Positions 9,672 through 18,285 of a DNA stretch of 64,000 nt are shown here, piece by piece. The notes beneath the pieces were generated by a model. The model saw only the letters and a list, made by a program, of their open reading frames with translations, ran no database searches and was not told the origin of the DNA. The DNA lies in assembly GCA_038064895.1 (NCBI GenBank), contig JBBTSA010000010.1:31725-95724 (forward strand), written 5' to 3'. A program made the position numbers and the translations under genes. The stretch is from Patescibacteria group bacterium. Its GTDB lineage: Bacteria > Patescibacteriota > Microgenomatia > Daviesbacterales > UBA10151. Within the stretch, counting starts at the first letter, position 1; every line of letters starts with the position of its first letter.

Positions 9672-11432
9672 TCAAGGGGTAAGGTTAAATAAGCGTGCAA
9701 AATCAGCCCAATCCCAGGAGTTAACTATGTTCCTTTTCTCAACCCATCCTCGTCTGGCAACCGAAACACCAAAGCGCATATTATCCATTTGATCCACTCT
9801 GTGTGCATCCGTATTTATGATAAACTTGACCTCGTAAGCTTTGGCTTGCCTTACTAGGTCGTCACGTAAATCAAGCCTATTAGGGTAGCCGTTGATTTCC
9901 AAAAGCTTTTTCTTTTTGGCTGCAGCCTTAAAAATTTGTTCCCAGTCAGCCTCACTAGACTGCCTTTCATTTAAAAGTCTGTTTGTAGGGTGCGAAATAA
10001 TATCTACATGCGGATTCTCCAAAGCCGCTAAAAGCCTTCTGGTCACTACATCTTTTGTACCTCTATGGCCGGAATGTATGCCTGCAATACAGTAATCCAG
10101 AGTGGCTAGAGCTTCATCAGGCACACTCAATTTTCCGTCTCCAAGTATATCTATTTCGAGTCCATTCAATACTCGAATACTTTTTGTACTCTTTTTGATA
10201 TTTTGAATAACTTTTGTCCTCATTTGAACCCACTTAAGCTTCTCTTCTCTGCTTGTAGTACCAAAACCCGGAGGATGATCCGAAATTCCAATAAACTCAT
10301 AGCCTAACTCTTGTGCCTTCTTTACAATATCTTCAATTGAATTCACTCCTGGAGCATGAGATGGACTATCAATAGGATAATTAGAATGCGTGTGTAAATC
10401 TCCTTTAATATCTTTCAACTGTATTAAATCAGGCAACTTATGCTGCAGGGCAGCCTCGATTTCTCCCCAGTCTTCTCTAATCTCCGGAGGTGGAGTCTGC
10501 ATGCCGAGCAGCTTATAAAACTCCTCTTCTGTTTTAGTTGATACTCGTTTGCCTGCTTTTGTATTTTTAACACCATATTCGGAGAGTGAAAGATGGTCTT
10601 TCTCTGCAAGAGTCCGCAGGTGTATATTATGGCTCTTCGAGCCTGTGAAATGCTGCAGAAGGGCTCCGTATGAATCCGGCTGCCCTACTAAAAGATCAAC
10701 CTGCAATCCGGATTCAAGAACTACCGTAGCTTTGCTCTCACCTTCATCCATAACTCTGGCAATACCGGGCATCTTTGTAAAATGCTTTATTATACTTTTT
10801 GGGCTGGTTGATGAAGCTGAAAAATCCAAATCCCCAACAGTTGCTACCATTCTTCGAAGCGAACCCAGAGGATGGGCATCTATTACATCCGGACATTTTT
10901 TTAAATAAGCCAGGATCTTATCAGCCTGTGCTGCAGCGTATGGCAAAAGCACTCTGCCGGTTCTTTGGCTTACTTCCTGTAAACCAATCAAGATATTCTG
11001 CCCAAGCTTCGCGGAAATTCCTTTTTTTAAAAGTTCTCCTGATTTTAGACCTTTCTTGAGAGCTTCCAGACTCTTTATACCTGATCTTGCTATTTTTTCA
11101 GCGGATTTAGGACCTATTCCCGGTATATCCAGAAGATCAAAAACTATTTGAGGGATACCCTTTTGAACCGATTCAAAATGAGAAACCTTGCCTTTTTTAA
11201 ACAGCTCATCTAAATAACCTTGCAGTGCCTGCCCTACACCCGGAAGATTCCCCAGCTTCCTCTCTTCCCAGAGATCATGAATGCTTGCTGTCGAATGCTC
11301 TATGGCATCAGCCGCATTTTCATAGGCACGGATTTGGAAGATATTGCCAATGCCTTTTATTGTATATGCTGCAGCAACATTCCTTAGGATTTTAGCAATC
11401 TTTGAATTAGATATTTCCATATGCGGGCTCAA
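9672..11432 (-). CDS. polX: Family X DNA polymerase with a C-terminal PHP (histidinol-phosphatase-like) 3'-5' exonuclease domain
   Basis: N-terminal HhH/PolX core (NIFQIRAYENAADAIEH, GIGPKSAEKI). C-terminal PHP domain (DLHTHSNYPIDSPSHAPG...GISDHPP...). Confidence 0.85.
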   Translation of the reverse strand: MSPHMEISNSKIAKILRNVAAAYTIKGIGNIFQIRAYENAADAIEHSTASIHDLWEERKLGNLPGVGQALQGYLDELFKKGKVSHFESVQKGIPQIVFDLLDIPGIGPKSAEKIARSGIKSLEALKKGLKSGELLKKGISAKLGQNILIGLQEVSQRTGRVLLPYAAAQADKILAYLKKCPDVIDAHPLGSLRRMVATVGDLDFSASSTSPKSIIKHFTKMPGIARVMDEGESKATVVLESGLQVDLLVGQPDSYGALLQHFTGSKSHNIHLRTLAEKDHLSLSEYGVKNTKAGKRVSTKTEEEFYKLLGMQTPPPEIREDWGEIEAALQHKLPDLIQLKDIKGDLHTHSNYPIDSPSHAPGVNSIEDIVKKAQELGYEFIGISDHPPGFGTTSREEKLKWVQMRTKVIQNIKKSTKSIRVLNGLEIDILGDGKLSVPDEALATLDYCIAGIHSGHRGTKDVVTRRLLAALENPHVDIISHPTNRLLNERQSSEADWEQIFKAAAKKKKLLEINGYPNRLDLRDDLVRQAKAYEVKFIINTDAHRVDQMDNMRFGVSVARRGWVEKRNIVNSWDWADFARLFNLTP

Positions 11433-11562
11433 AGGTAAAAATCTTGAACACCTAATGCACAGTATAATCTATCAATATAAAACCTTACAACAATTAGGAA
11501 TCAATTCAATCTACTTCAACTGTTTTGAAGTTTTTAAATAAGATTGATATAATACTGCAATT

Positions 11563-12306
11563 ATGGCAAGTAATACACCAGACAGAGTGGAATTAACACA
11601 AATATCAGACTTTGATTTAAGTAATACACAGAGGAAAACTTTACATAGAACTGTTGTGTGGACAAAAAGATATTTTGACAGTATTCCTGAAGGCACACAT
11701 ATAGGAGGCCATGGTTTTGATAAAACAATGAGGCAAGCAGGAATGGCAGCTGTAATTGCATATAAAGAAGGTCACCCTCTTTTCTTACCTGTCTTAACAG
11801 CTATAGTAATGGATATAGGTAGAGCTACTTTAGATCCTAGATCTAGAACCTTTCAACATGGGCAACTATCAAGAGAGATCATAGAAGCTGAACTATTAGG
11901 ATCGCTAGATATTTTAAGCCCAGAAGACAGAGAACTTATTGGAAATGCAGCAGAGGATCATTCCAAGCTAAATGAGAATGTTAGGAGAAGTTATCTTGTT
12001 GAAGTAGTTATGGATGCTGACAGACTAGATTGTTTGGGAGCTTTGGGACCCTTGAGGTCTGCCAGTTGGAATCACAACCTGCCCCTCATTCTGCCCGAGG
12101 AAACTGAAACAAGTTCGGTTGAGACAAATCTTAAGACTTTATGGCAGGATATGGCTTACAGGCATATGGAGTGGATGGATATGCTATGGACTAATACTGC
12201 TAGAGAAATAGCTGGACCAAGAGTTCAAGCATATAGAGAGTATTTAAAGCGCCTTCAGGATGAGGCCTCATTTTCATACCAAGCATATCAGAAATTGGGA
12301 ATTTAG
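11563..12306 (+). CDS. HD-domain-like phosphohydrolase-fold protein. The canonical HD dyad reads MD, so it is possibly non-catalytic.
   Basis: H...GGHGFD...(V)MDIGR...DADRLDCLGALG matches HD-domain spacing, but the second motif is MD rather than HD. Confidence 0.4.
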   Translation: MASNTPDRVELTQISDFDLSNTQRKTLHRTVVWTKRYFDSIPEGTHIGGHGFDKTMRQAGMAAVIAYKEGHPLFLPVLTAIVMDIGRATLDPRSRTFQHGQLSREIIEAELLGSLDILSPEDRELIGNAAEDHSKLNENVRRSYLVEVVMDADRLDCLGALGPLRSASWNHNLPLILPEETETSSVETNLKTLWQDMAYRHMEWMDMLWTNTAREIAGPRVQAYREYLKRLQDEASFSYQAYQKLGI

Positions 12307-12510
12307 GTAACTTGATTTGAACACTCTTAGCTTCAGAATTAAAAGATTTCAGAAGGATATTAAAATTTCGTGCCTATGCGGGCTTGAGATTAAAAATCTG
12401 GAAGCATTATATCAGAGTTTGGTATACCAATATAAGCAGAGTTTGCAAACTTCGTTTGTAAAACTTTGCAACAGCTAGGAATCCAAATCCCCTCCTGATA
12501 TACTTCAAAC

Positions 12511-13341
12511 ATGAATTTAGTGGAAAATTACAATCAACTCAAACAAGAGGCGTATACAGGTTTACAAAAGCGAGCAAGTTCAAAGCAATGGATTCGAATG
12601 CTTGAAGCAGCACCCATTTTCCTTGGTAGTATGACTAGGGGTAGATTATTATTAGCAGTGAATGCAGGAATGAGAATATTAGATGATATTGCAGATGGAG
12701 ATCGTTTACCTCCTCAAGGTATTTCCCCAGTCGCTTACCTTACAGAAAAACGGGCTTTTGTTCGCAACCTAAATCATCCTCAAGATAATTTAGATTATCT
12801 TTTTCTCTATTGCTATCAACTAGCGGATAAAGCAGGACTACAAATACACAGAGAACTCGATGCTTTTTTTGAATACTTTCTCTTTGATACAAAAAGGCGT
12901 GGAACTGGACATATATTTACACAGTTGGAACTTGATCAAGCCTATGATGCCTGTGATATTACAGGTACTATCCGAGGAGGACTTATGGTATTTGGAGACG
13001 ATCCTAAAAAAGCAGAGCTGCTTATGCCTCTAGGTAAAGCAGTAAGAAAATATTACACACTCCGAGATTATGAAGCAGATATTAGTGCAGGATTTGTTAA
13101 TATCCCAAGAGAATCAGTAAAGGCACATGACATAACAAAGGATGATTTTCCCAATAGATTTAGTCCTTCTGTCAGAGCATGGTTTTATGAGGAGGCATTA
13201 TCTGGACTACATCTTTTAGAAGAACATAACAGGATTATGCAGAGAGAAAGATTTGCCTGGAGAGGTAGACTTGCATTACCTATAGCATATACCAGACCAA
13301 CAAGAGCATACTTTGAGGCTATTTTAAGAGATCAAAACTAA
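12511..13341 (+). CDS. Squalene/phytoene-synthase-like protein (class I isoprenoid synthase fold)
   Basis: RILDDIADGD (DDxxD-like) and YTLRDYEADISAGFVNIPRE, which resembles the second Asp-rich motif NILRDVGEDxxxGRxYLP of phytoene/squalene synthases. Length of about 276 aa is typical. Confidence 0.4.
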   Translation: MNLVENYNQLKQEAYTGLQKRASSKQWIRMLEAAPIFLGSMTRGRLLLAVNAGMRILDDIADGDRLPPQGISPVAYLTEKRAFVRNLNHPQDNLDYLFLYCYQLADKAGLQIHRELDAFFEYFLFDTKRRGTGHIFTQLELDQAYDACDITGTIRGGLMVFGDDPKKAELLMPLGKAVRKYYTLRDYEADISAGFVNIPRESVKAHDITKDDFPNRFSPSVRAWFYEEALSGLHLLEEHNRIMQRERFAWRGRLALPIAYTRPTRAYFEAILRDQN

Positions 13342-13409
13342 AATTTAATCTATTCCAAAATGATAAATAAATTTACTCAATAGAAGCTAGATGAATTTGG
13401 GAACAAAAA

Positions 13410-13778
13410 TTACTCTTTGGGATACTTAAATATCTCAATTGAATCTTCCTTAAGAATAGTGAGACTTTTTAGAAGTACGCTCTCAGAATATTTTTCTAAC
13501 ACTTCTTTAAGTTTTAAATAGTGGTGTTCTGCATTCTGCACACTTAACCTTATTACAATCATCCCAACCTGATATTTGGGGAATTTACTCAAGCCCAGGA
13601 AATCTTTGTCATGAGTTAGAATAATCCTATGTTCATCTGAAGCCAATTTAATAATATCCACGTCCGGAATTGTTAGATTCAATTTCTTGATATCAACTAA
13701 GTTGTGCCCAGTCTTACGGAGTAGTTTAATGACTTTTTGGGCGATATTAATATCAGCGACGAATTTCATGAAGTGCAA
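13410..13778 (-). CDS. DUF5615-family PIN-like putative toxin
   Basis: A 122-aa product that overlaps and lies downstream of a DUF433 gene. The sequence FVADINIAQKVIKLLRKTGHNLVDIKKL...IILTHDKDF is typical of DUF5615. Confidence 0.55.
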   Translation of the reverse strand: MHFMKFVADINIAQKVIKLLRKTGHNLVDIKKLNLTIPDVDIIKLASDEHRIILTHDKDFLGLSKFPKYQVGMIVIRLSVQNAEHHYLKLKEVLEKYSESVLLKSLTILKEDSIEIFKYPKE

Positions 13779-14034
13779 CTTGAGGCTTTAAATCTTCAGC
13801 TTTGCTATATGCTTTAGCATTCCCCACTTTTTTAGCAGCGAACTGAATAGCTGCCTTAATTTGTTCTTTAGTAAGAAATGGATATTCTCTCAATATTTCT
13901 TTAATTTCCATACCTCCAGCTAAGAATTCCAAAATTACCTCAATAGACATTCTGGTACCGGCAATAATTGGTTTCCCACCTAAAATTTTAGGATCCTGGG
14001 TGATTAATTTCTTCATGTAAACTAATTTTACCAC
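13753..14034 (-). CDS. DUF433-family putative antitoxin
   Basis: A 93-aa product. PKILGGKPIIAGTRMSIEVILEFLAGGMEIKEILREYPFLTKEQIKAAIQFA is the DUF433 core. It overlaps the DUF5615 gene by 26 nt. Confidence 0.6.
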   Translation of the reverse strand: MVKLVYMKKLITQDPKILGGKPIIAGTRMSIEVILEFLAGGMEIKEILREYPFLTKEQIKAAIQFAAKKVGNAKAYSKAEDLKPQVALHEIRR

Positions 14035-14049
14035 ATACCAGAAAAATTT

Positions 14050-14124
14050 TGGCGGGACCGACGGGAGTTGAACCCGCTATCTACTCCGTGACAAGGAGTC
14101 GTGATGCCGTTTCACTACGGTCCC
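14050..14124 (-). tRNA. tRNA-Asp (anticodon GTC), with CCA encoded
   Basis: Minus-strand sequence GGGACCG-TA-GTGA-AACGGCA-TCAC-G-ACTCC-TTGTCAC-GGAGT-AGATA-GCGGG-TTCAACT-CCCGT-CGGTCCC-G-CCA. The cloverleaf folds by hand and is 75 nt. Confidence 0.85.
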
Positions 14125-14378
14125 AAACTAATGAATCCTTCGTCTATGATTTTCTCAATAATTATTCTACTTTTAAAGTTCTTCAACTTTCTTTCAACTA
14201 TTCTAGCTTCTAGAACTGAACCATATACTTGCTTAAATACTAAGTTATAAGGTCGCGTGAACCGGGTTGATTTAGTCTTCCCATTATTATGCTCAAATAA
14301 TCTTCTCTCTAAATCGTTCGTTGATCCAATGTAATATCTACCATTTACCAAAGATTTAAGTATATATACTATCCCCAT
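14115..14378 (-). CDS. Small GIY-YIG nuclease-domain protein (UPF0213/YhbQ-like). The annotated 106-aa ORF begins inside a tRNA-like sequence; the likely real start is M20 (MGIVYIL...).
   Basis: GIVYILKSLVNGRYYIGSTNDLERRLFEHNNG is the GIY-YIG motif. The C-terminal codons read into the 5' end of tRNA-Asp. Confidence 0.7.
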   Translation of the reverse strand: MGIVYILKSLVNGRYYIGSTNDLERRLFEHNNGKTKSTRFTRPYNLVFKQVYGSVLEARIVERKLKNFKSRIIIEKIIDEGFISLGP

Positions 14379-14387
14379 AAATCCCTT

Positions 14388-14444
14388 GAACCCGCTATCT
14401 GTCCGATGTACATCGGACCGTGATGACCGGTTCACTACGGTCCC
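14388..14444 (-). pseudogene. Truncated tRNA-like copy (5' leader, acceptor arm, D arm, GTA anticodon stem-loop and T-stem start) lacking a 3' half
   Basis: It shares 24 nt (CATTAGTTTGGGACCGTAGTGAA) and AGATAGCGGGTTCAA with tRNA-Asp 320 bp downstream. The anticodon arm is a perfect 18-nt palindrome GTCCGATGTACATCGGAC. No complementary acceptor 3' strand follows. Confidence 0.5.
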
Positions 14445-14477
14445 AAACTAATGCATTGTAACAAAAGTTTTACCCCC

Positions 14478-14506
14478 TTGACAAATTTTTGCGGATAGAC
14501 TAAAAA
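14478..14506 (+). promoter_or_regulatory. Putative sigma70-like promoter for the LysM gene
   Basis: TTGACA, then 17 nt, then TAAAAA, about 40 nt upstream of the ATG at 14545. Confidence 0.25.
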
Positions 14507-14544
14507 GGGATTAGTAAAAACTGCTCCATCTGCCTAAAACTAAA

Positions 14545-15243
14545 ATGGCAAGAGGAAGACCGAGTATTAAAGAACAATTCCCAATCAATAATTATTTGGA
14601 GAAAATGTCATATGATGTAAAATCCACCCAATCCAAAGTAAGTATTGTATTGGGAGCTTTGATTATTTTGGTTTTAGGAATTTTGGTTTTTAACTACTTT
14701 AGAGGAGGAAAGGAAACTTTAGGTCCTGCACAACAAACAGAAACAACGGCGGATGATGTTTCTCCTGAAAACTTACCAGGAAAATATACTGTTAAAGAGG
14801 GCGATACATTGTTTTTGATCGCCGAGAAATATTACAAGGATGGATTCAAATATCCGGAAATAGCAAAAGCAAATAATCTTACCAATGTTAATGCAATAGA
14901 GAAAGGTCAGGTACTAGAAATACCCAAATTAACACAAGAAGTTGCAGAAATTCCGTCGGCTCCGTCGCCATCCCTCTCACCTCTACCTTCTCCCTCTCCA
15001 CTATCAAGTGATCCAGTTCAACCTCAAGTCACTAAAGAGCTTGGAAAGGGTGGTGGTGATACAACAATCTGGGGATCAAAGATTGAAGGAGACACATACA
15101 CTGTTGTTGAAGGAGACTGGCTTTCCAAAATTGCAGCCAGAGCATACGGAGATATATTTGCTTACAAAAAACTGGCTGATGCAAATAATATCTCAAATCC
15201 TGACTTAATTTTTCCAGGACAAGTAATAAAAATCCCCAGATAA
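14545..15243 (+). CDS. Membrane-anchored protein with two LysM peptidoglycan-binding domains separated by a Pro/Ser linker
   Basis: N-terminal TM helix. YTVKEGDTLFLIAEKYY...NAIEKGQVLEIP and YTVVEGDWLSKIAARAYGD...PGQVIKIP are two canonical LysM motifs. Confidence 0.8.
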   Translation: MARGRPSIKEQFPINNYLEKMSYDVKSTQSKVSIVLGALIILVLGILVFNYFRGGKETLGPAQQTETTADDVSPENLPGKYTVKEGDTLFLIAEKYYKDGFKYPEIAKANNLTNVNAIEKGQVLEIPKLTQEVAEIPSAPSPSLSPLPSPSPLSSDPVQPQVTKELGKGGGDTTIWGSKIEGDTYTVVEGDWLSKIAARAYGDIFAYKKLADANNISNPDLIFPGQVIKIPR

Positions 15244-15294
15244 TTTCCTGAGTTGACAACTATACCCTAAACCCTTTACCCTAAATCCTACCAT

Positions 15295-15933
15295 ATGACT
15301 AGGGAAAAAAAGGTAAAGGAAATTATTAGACGCTTATACAAAGTATATCCTCAGCCAAAAATCGCGCTTCGCTTTCAAAATCCCTACCAACTACTGATCG
15401 CAACAATACTTTCTGCACAAGCCACAGATGTTTCCGTCAATCTCGCTACTCCTGGTCTTTTTACAAAATATCCAAAGCCAGAGGATTTGGCTAAAGCAGA
15501 AGTCTCAACAATCGATCAACTCATAAAAAATATTAATTTCCATCAAAATAAGGCAAAAATGATAAAATCTGCAACTCAAATGTTGGTGGATAAATTCCAA
15601 AGTAAAGTTCCAGATAATATGCAGGATTTAGACTCCCTTCCAGGAGTTGCCAGAAAAACTGCCAATGTAATTTTAGGTTCAGCTTTTGGAAAGGCTGAAG
15701 GAATTGTTGTTGATACTCATGTAATAAGGCTTACAAATAAACTAGGCCTAACAGAAAGTAAAGATCCGGTAAAAATAGAAAAAGATTTAATGGAAATCGT
15801 GCCCAAAAAATACTGGATTGACTTTCCCCTTCTATTGATACTCCACGGCCGTCATTTCTGCACGGCCAGAACTCATTCATGCCTAAATTGCCCTCTGGGA
15901 AATCTCTGCCCTGATTTTAAAAATGACCCATGA
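15295..15933 (+). CDS. nth: Endonuclease III (DNA glycosylase/AP lyase)
   Basis: HhH-GPD motif LPGVARKTANVIL. [4Fe-4S] cluster loop C-x6-C-x2-C-x5-C (CTARTHSCLNCPLGNLC). Confidence 0.85.
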   Translation: MTREKKVKEIIRRLYKVYPQPKIALRFQNPYQLLIATILSAQATDVSVNLATPGLFTKYPKPEDLAKAEVSTIDQLIKNINFHQNKAKMIKSATQMLVDKFQSKVPDNMQDLDSLPGVARKTANVILGSAFGKAEGIVVDTHVIRLTNKLGLTESKDPVKIEKDLMEIVPKKYWIDFPLLLILHGRHFCTARTHSCLNCPLGNLCPDFKNDP

Positions 15934-17549
15934 AAAAATGGTTTAAAGAAAATTTAATTTACTTATTTTTTTTGACCTTCCTGGTCGTAGTTGCTTACGC
16001 TAATTCCTTAAACAATGTTTTTTTATCCGATGATCTTGCAGAAATAGTTCAAAATCCAAATGTAGGAGATTTAGCTCATGGTATTTCCACTTATCCTTTC
16101 GGTTTTATTCGTCCACTTTTATATTGGGTAGCTTATCAATTGGGCGGTTTAAATCCCTCTTTTTTTAGGTTCATAAATATTTTTTTTCATACTGGATCTG
16201 TATTTTTAATTTTTGCCATACTTAATCAGTTACAATCAAAAAAGTCGGCACTTTTTGTTGCTGCTGTCTTTGCTGTTCATCCGGCAATTTCGGAAGCGGT
16301 AGTCTGGATTTCCGGGGGCAGTTATCCTCAATACTCTTTCTTTCTCCTATTATCTTTTCTGTTCTACATTTTATCCTCAAGACGCAAGTTTTTCTATCTT
16401 CTATCCTCAATTTTCTATCTTCTATCTCTAATGTCTCACCCTGTTATGCCTCTTGGTCTTTTTTTAGTATTTCCTGCCTTTGAGCTTACATTTGGAAACT
16501 TAAGGAAAAATTGGTTAAAAGCTATTCCATTTCTTCTAATCAGCATAGTATATGTCTTTATTAACCTTGCCGCCATACCGGAGAGAACTACCACTTTACA
16601 ATCGACTCATTATCAGGAAAAAGGGGTTGACAATTTATTTCTTATAATTCCGATAGCTATTTCCTCTTATTTTGAACTTATCTTTTGGCCAGAGACATTA
16701 ACTCTTTATCATTCCGAACTTAGCTTTGGTCCAATTAACTTTGCAGTTAGATCAATAAGTACTCTTTTATTTTTTGTTGCCATTGCAATAACTTTTGTAA
16801 AAAATAGGAAAATTTGCTTCTGGTTGTCTTTTTCCCTAATTGCACTTTCTCCCACCTTAACTCCTTTTAGATTTAATTGGATTGTTGCTGAAAGATATTT
16901 GTATTTGCCAATTTTGGGGATTTTAACAGCTGTAGCAATTTTGGCAGAAAATTATCTAAAGTTTTTACGCTCCAAACTCCTAATCTATACTTTTTTTATA
17001 CTTATTATTGCGGCTTTATCAATCAGAACTTTTGTGAGAAATATAGATTGGAAAAATGAGGATAATCTTTGGATTGCAACAGGAAAAACTTCACCCTCCA
17101 GTCCAAACACCCATAATAATTTAGGGGATGTCTATGGAAGATGGGGGAATAAACAAAGGGCTTTGCAGGAATTTCAAACTGCCATTGCTTTAAAACCAAA
17201 CTACGGGGACGCTCACCATAACCTGGCAAATACATACAGGGAGTTGGGACAGTTGGATAAAGCACTGGAAAATTATCAAAAAGCAGCTTCTTTTAATCCT
17301 AATCTTTGGCAATCATATCAAAATATTGCTGCCCTATATTTTGAAGCAAAGGAGTATGATAAAGCCCTAGAAAATATTCAAAAAGCCATTCAAATTAATC
17401 CTAAAAATCTAAATCTTTACAATAATTTAGGGATAGTTTATCTATTTTCAGGACAAAAAGATAAAGCAAAAGAGGTATTTAATCTGGTTTTATCTTCCGA
17501 TCCAAAGAATCAATTTGCAAGCCAGGGGCTTTTGGAAGCAAGTAAATAG
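15930..17549 (+). CDS. Polytopic membrane protein (PMT/GT39-like N-terminal region) with a C-terminal TPR repeat domain
   Basis: About 11 predicted TM helices followed by at least 4 TPR units (NLGDVYGRWGNKQRALQEFQTAIALKPNY..., AHHNLANTYRELGQLDKALENYQKA...). Confidence 0.65.
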   Translation: MKKWFKENLIYLFFLTFLVVVAYANSLNNVFLSDDLAEIVQNPNVGDLAHGISTYPFGFIRPLLYWVAYQLGGLNPSFFRFINIFFHTGSVFLIFAILNQLQSKKSALFVAAVFAVHPAISEAVVWISGGSYPQYSFFLLLSFLFYILSSRRKFFYLLSSIFYLLSLMSHPVMPLGLFLVFPAFELTFGNLRKNWLKAIPFLLISIVYVFINLAAIPERTTTLQSTHYQEKGVDNLFLIIPIAISSYFELIFWPETLTLYHSELSFGPINFAVRSISTLLFFVAIAITFVKNRKICFWLSFSLIALSPTLTPFRFNWIVAERYLYLPILGILTAVAILAENYLKFLRSKLLIYTFFILIIAALSIRTFVRNIDWKNEDNLWIATGKTSPSSPNTHNNLGDVYGRWGNKQRALQEFQTAIALKPNYGDAHHNLANTYRELGQLDKALENYQKAASFNPNLWQSYQNIAALYFEAKEYDKALENIQKAIQINPKNLNLYNNLGIVYLFSGQKDKAKEVFNLVLSSDPKNQFASQGLLEASK

Positions 17550-17555
17550 TAACTT

Positions 17556-17591
17556 ACACACCCCAGGGGTGTGATAGGCTGACACCGTAGG
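17556..17591. repeat. Dispersed structured palindromic repeat, copy 1 (intergenic)
   Basis: CACACCCC-A-GGGGTGTG-ATAG-gct-GACACCGTAG, the same core as at 25212, 42536 and 55440. Confidence 0.7.
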
Positions 17592-17599
17592 ATTTGGTG

Positions 17600-17671
17600 A
17601 GCCAACGGTGAGAGTTGAACTCACGACCTTTCCCTTACGAAGGGACTGCTCTACCACTGAGCTACGTTGGC
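17600..17671 (-). tRNA. tRNA-Thr (anticodon CGT)
   Basis: GCCAACG-TA-GCTC-AGTGGTA-GAGC-A-GTCCC-TTCGTAA-GGGAA-AGGTC-GTGAG-TTCAACT-CTCAC-CGTTGGC-T. 72 nt, CCA not encoded. Confidence 0.8.
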
Positions 17672-17683
17672 ATTACTTTTCCT

Positions 17684-17777
17684 GGGTTGCTTTATTTATT
17701 TTGTGGTAATTCTTTAAGGTAAGCAACCCGTTTAAATGTCATTTAGACATTTAAACCCACTAAGCTACACCGGCCCG
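17684..17777 (-). other. Two tandem hairpins (9-bp stem with a 28-nt loop; 10-bp stem with a 5-nt loop) followed by a 22-nt tRNA 5'-end-like fragment
   Basis: Inverted repeats GGGTTGCTT/AAGCAACCC and TTTAAATGTC/GACATTTAAA. Minus-strand GGGCCGGTGTAGCTTAGTGGG resembles a tRNA acceptor plus D arm, but no complete cloverleaf could be folded. Confidence 0.35.
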
Positions 17778-17813
17778 TACATATTTTCCCATATTTTATG
17801 TTAAAATTCCTAT

Positions 17814-18146
17814 ATGAATTTAACAAAAAAACATTGTGTGCCTTGTGAAGGAGGGATCGATCCCTATACTAAGAGAGAAGCTGAAGAATATTTAAAGGCT
17901 GTAGAGGGATGGTATCTTGTGGATGAACAACCAATGAAACTACAAAGAAAATTTACATTTAAGGATTTCAAAGAAGCTATGGTTTTTGTAAATAAAGTTG
18001 CGGATTTGGCAAATTCGGAAGATCACCATCCAAATATAAATATTCACAGCTACAAAAAAGTTGATATAACTTTATATACTCATGCCATTGAAGGCCTTTC
18101 AGAAAATGACTATATAATAGCAGCTAAAATAAACCAACTAATGTGA
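17814..18146 (+). CDS. phhB: Pterin-4a-carbinolamine dehydratase (PCD/DCoH)
   Basis: SEDHHPNINIHSYKKVDITLYTHAIEGLSENDY matches the PCD signature [E]-x3-HHP-x5-[YW]-...-H-x3-GL[ST]. The product is 110 aa. Confidence 0.8.
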   Translation: MNLTKKHCVPCEGGIDPYTKREAEEYLKAVEGWYLVDEQPMKLQRKFTFKDFKEAMVFVNKVADLANSEDHHPNINIHSYKKVDITLYTHAIEGLSENDYIIAAKINQLM

Positions 18147-18249
18147 GCAGATATATCATATCGCTCGAACTTATTTTAGCAAAAACTTTTAATCGACGCA
18201 TTTTATTCTCGGCGGGTAGACAATCCCTGAAAACTCTTAACACCCAGAT

Positions 18250-18278
18250 TTGAAACTATAGGACTTTTATGGTAAAAT
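18250..18278 (+). promoter_or_regulatory. Putative promoter for the four-gene operon. The -10 element ends 7 nt before the ATG, so the transcript may be leaderless.
   Basis: TTGAAA (18250-18255), then 17 nt, then TAAAAT (18273-18278). Start codon at 18286. Confidence 0.35.
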
Positions 18279-18285
18279 ACTAGGT

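Noticed and set aside
14379-14435. The first 19 codons of the listed 106-aa GIY-YIG ORF (MNRSSRSDVHRTDSGFKGF)
   Set aside because: They translate the truncated tRNA-like sequence. The GIY-YIG domain begins at the next Met, so the longer start is treated as an ORF-caller artefact.
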